The notes beneath the pieces were generated by a model that ran no database searches, was not told the DNA's origin, and saw nothing but the letters and a program-made list of their open reading frames with translations. A stretch of 64,000 nt of DNA from Chiloscyllium plagiosum (Eukaryota), in contig NC_057711.1 of assembly GCF_004010195.1 (NCBI RefSeq), positions 19,306,980 to 19,370,979 on the forward strand. Direction: 5' to 3'. Shown piece after piece: positions 50,486-62,300 of the stretch. Numbering within the stretch: the stretch's first letter is position 1; the number at the start of each line of letters is the position of its first letter. The translations under genes were made by a program, and so were the position numbers.

Positions 50486-51259
50486 AACACAAATTCCCAG
50501 CTCGGCGAACAGAACCACAACAACGAGCAACCCAGCTACAAATCTTCTCACAAACTTTGAACTGAGAGTAAACTCTGTCGATGGCTGTATCCAAATCAAT
50601 TGTAGAACCCATGTTTCAGCAGGTTATTCAGAGTTGGAGCCAAACAGGAATTAAATCTTTCAAAGTAGAATGGAAAGGCCATGTAGGTGGAGGAGGTAAA
50701 TGCTTGGTACGAGGCCTGGGGACTAATCTAGAACAAAGGGATGGTGGGTCAATTATAGTTACTGATATTGATCTACATTTTCTTCCAACAACCCTAGGGT
50801 CTCCACGGTGTACTGTTCCTTTTGCCAGCTTTTTATATTTCCCATTCTTCTTGCCTCTTGCCCTTGAGTTTAATGCCTTTCTGCTGCCAATTGAGACCCT
50901 CTCAATTATGTTATAACAGGGAGGGCAGATGATCTGGGCAGCCCCAGAAAGCTCCTGGATGAGGGTGTTTTTGTTGTCAGACACCCAATGCCAGATCAGT
51001 AGGAAAAGGGGGGTCCCAGTGAAATCCATATCCTTGCTCTTGCTGCTCATCCACGCCAGCCTCCTGTGATCCTCAAACTACCTTTACTCCCTTTTGACCT
51101 GGGATCCATCAGTGATCTTGTCTTCTGCTGGTGCAGAGTCATAGATTCATGGAGGTCTGCAGCAAACCATTGTGCCTGCACCTTGTGATTGAGGAAAGAT
51201 CTTTGTTGAAGCCAAAGCCTGGGACTCAAACAACTTCAATTATAATGACAGGTTGTGTC

Positions 51260-51640
51260 AATTAGGGATGTTTTCCCTCAGAACAAAGTGTAAAATTAAG
51301 GTCTGATCGAGGCGTTTACATTGAAGAAGGATTTGATTCGGAATATGGAAGACATCTTGTTCCTTTGGTGGGGAGTCCAGACAAAGGTTAACCTTAAAAT
51401 TACAGCTAGGTTCTTCAAAGGTCATACCAGGAAACATTCCTTCGCACACAGGGTACTGGAAAGCTGGAATTCTCTCCCCTAAAAGGCTGCTGGGCTTGGT
51501 TCAGTTGAAAACTGAGATGGCTTAAATTTTGTTACACAAGATTATTAAGAGTGACAAAAACAAAGCAGATTCAGTCAATTATGATCAACCAGTGTCTAAT
51601 TGAAAGCAGAATAAGCTCAAGAAGCTTAACTCATGTTCTT
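51260..51640 (+). mobile_element. Old CR1 3' fragment
   Basis: gggagtccagacaaagg..ttccttcgcacacagggtactggaaagctggaattctctccc. Confidence 0.6.
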
Positions 51641-51983
51641 GAATTGAATTATTTATGATCATGTGAATTCAATATAAAATACAGTGAAAAGTGTGTACTA
51701 TCGTCAGACATAGGCGCCATTCATATTAAAAGAAAATAAAACATAAAGAAAGATAACTTAAAGAGACCCCCACTCCCACCACAGTGCCTTACAGCTATTC
51801 CATTGGGAGCACTGGGTAAAGGAATTATTTCTTGTGTGTGATCCTTCATTTATGTATTACTGCAATCTTTCGGTATTATACTATTGCCATTTCATATAAT
51901 CCAGTAAAGTGGTGTATGACCATTTTCGGATGGTTCTAGGAACTGACCATTTTATACAGTATAGAGGTGTCAATGTTAAATGA

Positions 51984-52391
51984 TGTTAAAAATCACTCAA
52001 AACCAGGTCATAGTCCAACAGGTTTATTTGGAAATACAAGCATTTGGTTGTAGCTAGTGGGGCAGATGCATAGGACAGTGAATTTATAAGTGAAAGATCA
52101 AAGTATCATATAACTGATGCGATGTATTGGACAAATGTATATGGCTGTTAAGTGGTGTGATTTTTAACTTTGTCCACCCTACAAGGCTTTAACAGCCATC
52201 TAGGTTTGTCTAATACATTGCATCAGTTGTATGTTACTTTGATCTGTGTCCTGTGTATCCTGCACCACCTGACACCTGACAAAGGAGCAGTGCTCTGAAA
52301 GTTTGCATTTACAAATAAACCTGTTGTCTATAACCTGGTGTGGTGTGATTTTTAACTTTGTCCACCCCAGTCTAACACCAGCACCTCCACA
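51984..52391 (+). mobile_element. PLE family B inverted element
   Basis: TSD tcaatgttaaatga at 51970-51983 and 52392-52405. Inverted arms, decayed hammerhead cacctgacaaaggagcagtgctctgaaagtt at about 52273-52303, and the family B tail. Confidence 0.85.
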
Positions 52392-55300
52392 TCAATGTTA
52401 AATGAATCCATGCCAGACAGTGAAGTTCACCGAACCTTGCTGTGATAGTATGTACATTTGTAGCGATATCCGGTTAGAAATATAGGTTTTATTGAGAAAC
52501 ACTTAGCTAATTAGATATAAAAATGATGCATAAGTTTAAAGTTGACCATTAAAGATTTTATCTCAGCTAGCAGAAATTGGTTTGGAATTACAATCACTTG
52601 GATATTCCTGATAGGAGATATGGAGATGACATGCAAATGCTATTAACTAAGTTGATGATTTGTACTCAGCACAGACAAAGCAAAAGGTGTAAACAATAAT
52701 TTGTTCACAATAAAGAAAACCAGCAGGAGACAAGGCACCATCTCACTTTGTTATAAAAACAAGATGTTAACTACAGAAGAAATACTGAACTCATAAAACC
52801 TAAAGCATCCAACTGATAACAGATATCGTGAAAAGATTCTTATCAAATGAATACCATGAAATAAAAGGATAAAACAACACATGCCAAAAATAGAAAGCAA
52901 TACAAATTTAAAAATGAAACATCCTTTTACTCATGAATCTTGAGCAACAACTTTTCAGATTCATTAAATTAGGGAAATAATAAAGAAAACTTCATGTAGG
53001 AATTGTTAGACTTCAAAAACAAATTGACTTGATAAAAGCTCACAGCGTTTCAAGGAAACCTCACCAAATAATTGAGGGATAAGGTTAAATAATATTATAG
53101 TTTCTCATGAAAGTAGAGGGTTAATACCTCTATTTGCAGGAGGGATCTGAGCAATATAAAAATAAAACCCTTTCACTGAATTTTTTGGAATCCTCAGATA
53201 ATACTTTCCAAAAGATTTTGTTTCCCTGTGGCAGAACAAATCTTATTTGCTCGGAGCATTAATATTTTACTTTAAATGTTGATGATTTTTATATTCTTAG
53301 ATAATCTTAGATGTTATTGAATAGTTTTAAGTAAAATCAAATATGGTACCTTAGATTTGATACGATATCTTTTGATAGTTTTGACTTCATTGTTTATTTA
53401 ACCACTTAAACAGCATTACTTCTTTTATTAATTTCTATTAATATGTGCAACATTAAAAATTTATCTTTTTTTTTTACAAGGAAAGAAATTCTATTCTCAT
53501 TTACTCCTTAAATAGAGAAGTATATATTCTGGAAGGAGAAATCCCAAATCCTTAAAGTATGTGGGGCATCTATAATATCGCTAATGCTTATTAAAATTAT
53601 ACTGGCTACTTTGAGGAAGGGAATATTTTTAGGTAATTTCTTCTCTATGGAATGGTTATGTAAAGTCTAAGACCCAAGACTAAGCAACTGCCTTAAACTT
53701 AGCAACCAGAAGTTAACAAGCAAACTCTCCTGATCAAAGTTAGTTCTAAATAAGATTTAAAATCAGTAAATGATTTCATATTTCAAGAATGTAGTATTGC
53801 ATATCACTACCTCCAATGACAAACACCATAGTTTCATAGCAGTCCCCTTTAAACGTGCTCAAAATACCTTGTTAATATACTATTTTTCTTTAATCTTAGT
53901 GGTACAATTAACATTGCATTAACAACTAAGTTCTTATTTGAAAATTAAAACGACCATTTCAAGGTAAACACCCTTGTGTGTTGTCATGAAAGGAGTTGCC
54001 CATGGCACATGAGGTGCTCAAAAATTGCATTCAAAGCGGATTAATCATTACCTTCCAGAAATTTCCATTCTTAGGCCATTTGAAAAACATTTTTAAAGGA
54101 ACATTTTTAACTCAGATCATTTATGATTAAGTTCTCCTCTATTTGTGAAGGACTCATTATGTTTGTTCTAATGTGAGACAAACAGATTCTGTGTGACCAG
54201 TTGTATTAAGCAGCTTTCCTTCTACCAGTTACATAAATATAACTTCACACTTGACAATATTTGTGGTCTGACCTTTTACCATTATACTCTGCACTAATCA
54301 ACTGAGTGACTCCTGCTGATACATCTGAATAGCTTCAGCTGAACACTTAGCTGATTTACAAAATTTTATGTGTATGGGCTGTGTGCAGTATATCTCCCGA
54401 CCATTACAAATGCCCTCTGATTCCAAAACAGTGCAGCAGTTTTATCACAGCTGAAGTATTTGACAGCTTTAACAAATTAGTAGTACCAATACTCAAGACT
54501 TAGAATTAACCTCTGCTCACACAGCAATCAGTGTGCAGTTTCCAACAGATTCTAAATTTAGAACAGAACAATAAAAGAAAAAAATGTGACTGAGCCAACC
54601 TGTATTTAATTTTCTTTGGAAAGCATTTCTCTTGCTTGATTTTTGAATGCATGTGTGAAATATAATTAAAGGATTTCACATCTGTATTAATGCTTTTGGT
54701 AACTATTTTGGACTGAACATAATAGAGAAGCAGTTTATTTTAGTACCCGAATGTGGGATATGTTCTTCAGTCCACAAAAAAAAAAGCTTTTACATTAAAA
54801 GGCATTAAAATAAATCCTTCTTGCTGTTACATTTGTTTCTGGCAAATCTTAAATATTTATATAATCAGAGAATTCCATTCTCTGTCACAATTTTTTGGTT
54901 TCATTACAAACATTCGAATATGGAATAAGATTAGGTCATTCGATCCTTTGCCATTCAATATGGCTGGCCTGATTTTAACCTAAAATGTAGAGTCCTGCGC
55001 ATCCCCATTCCTCTTTTATCCCCTGGGTAATCAATCATCTGTCCATCTCTGTCTTAAAATATTTAAAAGTTCTGCATCGATTCGAGGAAGGGAATCCCAA
55101 AGACCTACAGCACTCTGAAAGAATAAAAATGCTTCCTCTTCTCTGTTTTAAATGAGCATCCTTTGTTATAAAACTATGATCATCTACTAGTCAAATCCCT
55201 CAGGATCTTATACATTTCAATTAAGTCCCCTCTGACTCTGCTAAATGCTAGAGGTTACAGGCAAGTCCATCAAATCTTTTTACATCAGGCAATCTAATCA

Positions 55301-56287
55301 TTCCAGGTACTAGTCCAGAAAACCATCTCTGAATTTTTTCCATTGTATTAGTATTCTTCTGTGACCAATAAAGTGACCAATATTATATACTGTATTCTGG
55401 ATGGGGTCTCAGTAATGCTCTATATAACTATAGCATCAACTCCCCACTCGTACATTCAATTCCCCTCAACATTTTATGAGCTTCCCCAATTACTTGCTGT
55501 ACCTGCATACTAACACTCTGTAGTTCATGCACTGGGATTTTCAGATCTCTATGCATCCTGGAGCTCTACAACCTCTTACCATTTAAATAATATGCATAGT
55601 TTTTATGCTTTAGGCCAAAATGGAAATTTTTCAACATTTTCCACATCGTACTCCTTTTGACAGACCTTTGTCCATTAAAACTAGCCTATTAATATCCCTT
55701 TGTATGCTCCTTATGACTTCTACACATCTCACTTTCCTAATTATCTTTATGTCATCATCAAATTATTTACCATACTTTCTATTACTTCATCCAAATTATA
55801 AAGAGTTGAGGTTACAGAATTGACCCTTGTGGCACACCAAACTTGACATCCTGCCAGACTGAAAAAGACCCAATTATTCCTACTCTCTACTTCCTGTTGG
55901 TCAGCCAATCTTCTATCCATTTCAATATGTTACTCCTATACCAGGAGATTTTATTTTCCCAAATGACCTTTGATGTGCCACCTTCTCAAATGCCTCTGGA
56001 AAGCTAAATATAGTACATTTATTGGTTCCCCTTTTTCTGCAACACAAATTACTTCTTCAACGAGCTCAAATGAATTATCTAAGCTTTTTTTCACACATCT
56101 TGAACTTATCCAAATGTCCTCATCACTTCTTTAATAATTGCTTCTAACATTTTCCCGATGATAGGTGTTAGGCTAACTTGCCTAATGTTTTCTATTTTCT
56201 ACTCCCCTCTTTATTTGAATAAAGGAATTAACTATTTTCCAATCGAAAGGAACATAACCTGAATCTAATGAACTTTGAAAGGTTAAA

Positions 56288-56473
56288 GCAGAAAGTGAGG
56301 ACTGCAGATGCTGGAGATCAGAGCTGAAAATGTGTTGCTGGAAAAGCGCAGCAGGTCAGGCAGCATCCAAGGAACAGGAGAATCAAGAAGAAGGGCTTAT
56401 GCCCGAAACGTCGATTCTCCTGTTCCTTGGATGCTGCCTGACCTGCTGCACTTTTCCAGCAACACATTTTCAG
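56288..56473 (-). mobile_element. PLE family A palindrome
   Basis: 15-bp TSD ctttgaaaggttaaa at 56273-56287 and 56474-56488. Tail on the left. Partial hammerhead gaaga a GGGC ttat GCCC GAAAC GTC lacks the first CT. Confidence 0.9.
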
Positions 56474-57354
56474 CTTTGAAAGGTTAAACCCAACACATTA
56501 AATATTTCACTGGTTACTTCTTTTAAAACATTAGGATAAAATCCATCAGCATCTGGGGACTTGTTAACTTGCTCAGCCAACAACTCACTCTGTACTACTT
56601 TTTTGGTAATTGCAATTTTCTTGAGTTCCTTCTTCCCATTCAATTCATGATTCACAGCTATTTACAGGATGCTGCTTGTATTGTTTTTAGTGAAGATCGA
56701 TGCAAAATATCTGTTCAACTTGTCCGGCATCTCTTTATCCTCTATTCCCCAGGTTTATTTTCTCTCGGACCAGCACTTACTTTGTTAACACTTCACTTTT
56801 TAAAAATATTTGAAGGCACTTTTCTGATCTGTTTTGGCTCTTTTAGTCTAGTTCATCCCTCCATATTAATGTATTAGTAATGCTTTTCTGTGTTTTTTTA
56901 TATCCTATCCTATCTTCTGACCTCTCACGTATCTTTGCAGAATTATATCTAAATTCTTTGAGTTTAATACTTTGAGTTTAATACTTTGAGTTTTCTAATG
57001 CTAACCACTGAAGGCCGGTTTGACCCTTAGAAATGTTCATATTGGTTGGAATGCATGTTTTCTGTGCTTTCTGGAATAAGCCCAGTACATGTTTGACTCT
57101 GCACCTCTATTGATCTATCTCTTAACCTAAATTGCCAGTTCACTTTTACTAACTCTGTTTTCATGCCCTCATAAATGCCCTTATTTAAGTTCAAACTAGT
57201 AGCCCTGACTTCACGGGGCTTAATCTCCCTTAATTTGTATGTAAACTTCAATCATATTATGGTCACTACTACCGAAGAGTGTTTTCATGATGAGGTCAGT
57301 AATTAATCGTATTATTAGTCAAAACCAGGTTTAGTTTAACCTATTCTCTGGTTG

Positions 57355-57545
57355 GTGTCACTATCAACATGCCACTCCCACCTCTGATCTCTCTGCCTAC
57401 AAATTCTGTGCCTGTGTGCTTCTCTTCACTTCACCTGACAAAGGAGCAGCGCTCGAAAGCTTGTGATTTAAAATAAACCTGTTGGCCTATAACCTGATGT
57501 CATGTGACTTCTGACCTTCTCCAACACTGGCACCTCCACATCATG
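57355..57545 (+). mobile_element. PLE family B-related 3' end, older
   Basis: cacctgacaaaggagcagcgctcgaaagcttgtg..aaacctgttggcctataacctg..ccaacactggcacctccacatca. Confidence 0.75.
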
Positions 57546-58153
57546 GAACCACAAACATGCTGGTCTAAAAATTGTTCCAAAAACATTCAGTGAATTCCTC
57601 TTACATTCTTCCTACATAGACTACACTTTTCCATCTGATTTTTGCAGTCTCTATGTGGTAATTGCTGTATCCTTTGGACAAGTTTTCTTTATTTCTTCCT
57701 TGAAACCCTGTCCTACAACACATTTACTGTCAGGGGATCTGTATGCACCTGAACTCTTGACTTTATCATTTCACATCTTGACCCAGACAGCTTCTATATC
57801 CTGGTTTCCTCAATTAAGGTCGTACCTCTCTACTGAGCTCATATAATCTTTAATTAACAGAACTATTTCTCCACTCTTTTCTAGCTTCCTGGCCTTCCTG
57901 AGTGTCACAGAACTTCAATGTTCAGGTCCCAATCTAAGTCATCGTGCAGCCACATATCTGTTTTGGCCACTAGATCTTATTTGTCTCAATCCGTAATGCT
58001 GATCCATCTGTTTTGTTCTGAATCCTAAGTGCCTAAAGTTTTGTTCTTTTATTATTTGTGCAATTACTATTCATATCTGTTGATTTGCTCTTAGATCTGC
58101 ATTCTCGGTCCCTTCCTGCCATTGTCTTTATCATTTCCCATGTTAATTCCTTC

Positions 58154-58369
58154 ATGAGTTTTGAGATTTGTAGCTCAGGTTGAGGTTCTGGATGTAAGTT
58201 TGCTCACTGAGCTGGAAGGTTCATTTTCAGATGTTGCGTTACCCTACTAGGTTACATCATCAGTGACCCTCCATTGCTTCACCGGAGGTTCACTGATGAT
58301 GTAACCGAGTATGGTGACGAAACATCTGAAAATGAACTTTGCAGCTCAGTGAGCAAACTTACATCCAGA
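58154..58369 (-). mobile_element. PLE family C-related palindrome
   Basis: Arms ttctggatgtaagtttgctcactgagctg.. (58186) and ..cagctcagtgagcaaacttacatccagaa (58370). The left tail gagatttgtagctc matches the 50361 tail. Imperfect TSD aattccttc / aattctttc. Confidence 0.82.
58289..58330 (+). ncRNA. Minimal hammerhead ribozyme motif
   Basis: ttca CTGATGA t GTAACC gagtat GGTGAC GAAAC ATC tgaa. Stem I has 4 bp and the core is intact; ACGT has decayed to ACAT. Confidence 0.7.
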
Positions 58370-58714
58370 AATTCTTTCCTCTGTTGCATTTTCCTATCCT
58401 TTGATTCAGTATAAATTTCCAAATTTCAACCTTGCCCCCCAATATTTATTTTAAGTGCAGCAAGAAATCTTTTAAAATATAGCTCGCAATAAAAGTAGTC
58501 GTAAAAGTGCTCATGATACCATTGCTACATTGTAGCATGTGAACTGAGGAGGTAAACATTTCAGACTTTATCTTAAAGGGTACCACTTGAAGCATGACAC
58601 ACTGAAGAAAGCCTGCTATTATTTGTAACTGAGTAGCTTGATGTTAATCCATGGAGTCCTTCCTGATCTAAGAATGATGAAGGAGTTAACCAAATGTCCA
58701 CCCCACAGGAAAAA

Positions 58715-58876
58715 TGATTTGGAGATGTCGGTGTTGGACTGGGGTGTACAAAGTTAAAATCACACAACACCAGGTTATAGTCCAGCAGGTTTAATTGGAA
58801 GCATTAGCAGCGCTCCGAAAGCTAGTGCTTCCAATTAAACCTGTTGGACTATAACCTGGTGTTGTGTGATTTTTAA
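58715..58876 (-). mobile_element. PLE family B palindrome, ribozyme truncated
   Basis: TSD ccacagga(a/g)aaa at 58703-58714 and 58877-58888 (11/12). The centre keeps only gcgctccGAAAGCTAgtg. Confidence 0.88.
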
Positions 58877-60066
58877 CCACAGGAGAAAGATGGTTTGAGG
58901 CATTTGCTCAGATTTTCCAACATCCTCTCATCATATATTCTCAATATCATTGCAAAGGCAATGGTGTTGAGAGATTTGCTGAGGGCATGATGTCCCTTGT
59001 GTGTCAAGACAACCAGCAATGCATCTTCAAATCTCTCAAGTAAATTCTATCATCAAAATCTCACCTACTCCAAAATTACAGAAGGCAAGATGCATTCCTT
59101 GAAGTGGATGCATTGCAAAAGGCCTAGGCAGCTGTCTTTTGCAAAACGGAAAATATATTTTCTTTTGTTCGAAAAACCCCAATTATCTGAATTCGCCAAC
59201 TATTCCAGAACAGAGCTGAAAGCAGTAGCTTTGGTATTTGACATCATGTAGTTACACTTATTTTGAAATTTATTTAGCAAGAAATTCACCCTTGAAACAA
59301 GTCATAATCTATTAGAAATGATCTGTCATAAACTGACAATAAGTGCACCAGCATGTTGAAGTGCTTACTTGACAAGAAACAAGCATATGACTTTGAAGTC
59401 AGATACAAGCAACGAGAACATTCAACACACTGAACATCCCAAACAAAGACCAAGATATTCCTCTTGATCTTCATGTTGATTCTCTTGAATATGAAGTTGA
59501 TCTGTTACATTATCAATTGCTAAAACAGTAATTAGTTACTGCTTAAGATGGGGACTGCACAAGTTGCGAGAGACTATTATCCATGGATGGCCGAACAACA
59601 CTGGGGAGGAACTTGAGAGCATTCATTCATTTTGCCCAAACTAATATATCATTGTACGTTATTTTCAAGGTAAAACAAGTTTGAATACTGTAAATATTAA
59701 GCCAGTATATTATGAACATATTACACAGGAAGGTCACATGTACACTGAATGCAGGAAAGTAAGCACAAGTTTCTGACTACTGGAGGGATGAATCGGGGTC
59801 TTCAATGATGTGTAATTGCATCTGAGATATGGAAAGTGTATTAACACTAGCAATGGAAGGAGTTTTGACTTTCACTCTTAATCCATCCACTCCCTGGACA
59901 AAAGTAACAACAAATATATTTAACAGAGCATAAGAAAGCTTTCATCCTTGTGATAGATTACTGCCCCAAATTTCTCATTGTTCAATGGTTTTTCAACATG
60001 ACAAGTGTAACCATTGATACATTAACTGCTAATCTTAGTTTTTTCAGCATACTGGACTGGATAATT

Positions 60067-60980
60067 TCATAGAGTCATAGAGTTTTACAACATAGAAAGA
60101 GCACCGTCAGTCCATTGTTTCCATGTCAGTTTTCCAGCACCTTTCCACTCTAGTCTCATTTTCCAGCCCTTGGTCTATAGCCTTGTATATCACCTAAACA
60201 ATTAAATGTTGCAGTGGCTTGTGTCACCACCATCCTTTCAGGCAGTGAATCCCAGATACCCACTACCCTCTGGGTGAAAAGAAATCTTTGTTAAATCCCC
60301 TCTAAACACCCTGCCCTTTATAGTAAATCTGTCCCTCTGGTTATTGATCCATTTACTAAGTGTTTCTTCTTATGTGTCCTAATTATGTTCCTTATAATTT
60401 CGTATGCCTCAATCAAGTTTAGGGAAAAAAGGTGGCCTATTGGTATTGTCACTGAGATCACAATTTGGCAGTTTGAGGGACATGTGTCCAAATCCCAACA
60501 TGGCAGATGATGAAATTTCAATTCAATCAAAAAAAGATCTGAGTGAGAAAGTTGGCCTAATGGTCACCAAGTAACCGCTGTCACTCATTGCAAAGCCCCA
60601 TCTAGTTCACTAATGTCCATCTGGGAAAGAAATCTGTCATCCTTATCGAATCTGGCCTACATGTAACTCCAGATCCACAGCAATGTTGCTGACTCTTAAC
60701 ATCTGGGCAAATATGGAGAGGAAATAAATGTTGACCTCACCCTAAAAAGAATAAAAGTAAAGAACCCTACACCATGCCTCAGCTTTCTCTGGATGAAGGA
60801 AAACTACTCCTGCCTATTGATTTTCTCTTCATAGGCTAGGCAATATCCTGATGAATCACTATTTACATTCTCTAATGCAACCACAACCTTCATGTAGGAT
60901 GACAACCAGAACTGCACATAGTATTCCAGGTGTGGCTAAACATCTTAAACAGCTGCACCATAACATTTCAAACCTCAAGT
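60067..60980 (-). mobile_element. Old CR1 3' part interrupted by an ancient SINE (+, about 60430-60740)
   Basis: Tail catagagtcatagag. SINE core cccatctagttcactaatgtcc..tggcctacatgtaactccagatccacagcaatg. Confidence 0.7.
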
Positions 60981-62013
60981 ACTCAGTGGGGAGAGACCCA
61001 CGCCACTTTGCCATCTCATTATCCTCTCTCAAACGGTCTTCCATAATGTATGATATTTCCTGTCAAATCAGTGATGATCATTGACGGCAACAGGATAGGT
61101 GGATAAGTTGGTTAAAAAGGCTTATGAACATTTGCATTTATTAGTTGATGTATTGAATACAAGAACAGTGACATTATGTGGAAGCTGTATATTTCATTTG
61201 TGGGGCCATAGTTGGAGTACTCTATGCAGTTTTGGATGCCACATTATAGGAAGAATTTTACTGGAGAGAAGATTCATCAGAATATCACTTGGCCTGGAGC
61301 ATTTCAGCTATAAAGAGACACTAGGTAGGTTCGATAAAGGTAAAGGACTATTGCATGGAGGGGAGAAAAGTAAAATTTTCCATCGACCTACTGAGATAGA
61401 AGGGAGGTGCGGCCATTAACAATGTAGTTAAAAGGCACTTATCAACAGTCAACTCCCCCAAAAATCTGGGTATTTCAAAGTCTAAGGCAAGTGGCCTGGC
61501 AACATTTTTGCAACCTTCTGTACCACTTGTCCCTCATGCAAAAATTAGCGAAAGAAAACAATTTCGACCACCAGTCCATCAGGCAGTAGTTAGCATGTAG
61601 CTTTCTCGAGACCCTGTGGGTAAATGAAATGGTTGATCCTGCCGGGTGGTTCCCTGAGCAGACTGTCAAATGTATTTGGCAGAATGCCTCATCACCAGAA
61701 CTTTCTAACAAGTACCAAGATGTAGTTTGGCTGGTGACAAGAAGGGCACCACCTGTGAGATCCTTCATGTATGCCCAGCAGCTGATGGAGGGAGGGATGG
61801 AGACTGTCACAAATCTCCTTCTGGAAGGTGTCTTCGCAAAGGAACTCTGGAGAGAGTTGCTGTGGTTTTGTCGAGGTTCATCCCAAGTGGCTCCATGACA
61901 TTGGTCTCTGTCCTCTACAGGGAGAAAGTGAGGTCTGCAGATGCTGGAGATCAAAGTTGAAACTTTATTGCTGGAACAGCACAGCAGGTCAGGCAGCATC
62001 CAGGGAACAGGAG

Positions 62014-62049
62014 ATTCGACGTTTCGGGCACAGGCCCTTCTTCAGGAAT
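62014..62049 (-). ncRNA. Intact minimal type-I hammerhead ribozyme motif
   Basis: Reverse complement reads attc CTGAAGA a GGGC ctgt GCCC GAAAC GTC gaat, with 4-bp stem I, 4-bp stem II and palindromic ACGT. Confidence 0.82.
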
Positions 62050-62264
62050 GAGCAGAGAGTGTTCAGCAGGAGAAGATAAAAGGTAGGGAGGAGGGACTTG
62101 GAGGAGGGGAGTTGGAAATGTCTTCTTCTTGACCTCTCCGCCTCCATCCTACTCCGACCTATCACCCTCACCTTGACCTCTTTCCACCTATCACATTTCC
62201 AACGCCCCTCCTCCAAGTCCCTCCTCCCTACCTTTTATCTTCTCCTGCTGAACACTCTCTGCTC

Positions 62265-62300
62265 ATTCCTGAAGAAGGGCCTGTGCCCGAAAAGTCGAAT
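62265..62300 (+). ncRNA. Hammerhead ribozyme motif (mirror copy, one substitution)
   Basis: attc CTGAAGA a GGGC ctgt GCCC GAAA a GTC gaat. Confidence 0.68.

Larger units (their letters stand above)
50361..50560 (+). mobile_element. PLE family C palindrome with two hammerhead motifs
   Basis: TSD actgagagtaaa at 50349-50360 and 50561-50572. Arms about 50359-50412 and 50442-50495, with a tail to 50560. Confidence 0.9.
54915..58140 (-). mobile_element. Old CR1 (EN to 3' end), host of PLE insertions
   Basis: Minus-strand ORF remnants VNKSPDADGFYPNVLKEV and LNLNKGIYEGMKTELVKVNW. 3' UTR near 54915. Confidence 0.8.

Noticed and set aside
56957-56993. Short tandem repeats (tttgagtttaatac x2.5; also 26920-26950)
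   Set aside because: Ordinary slippage duplications with no unique spacers, so not CRISPR-like.
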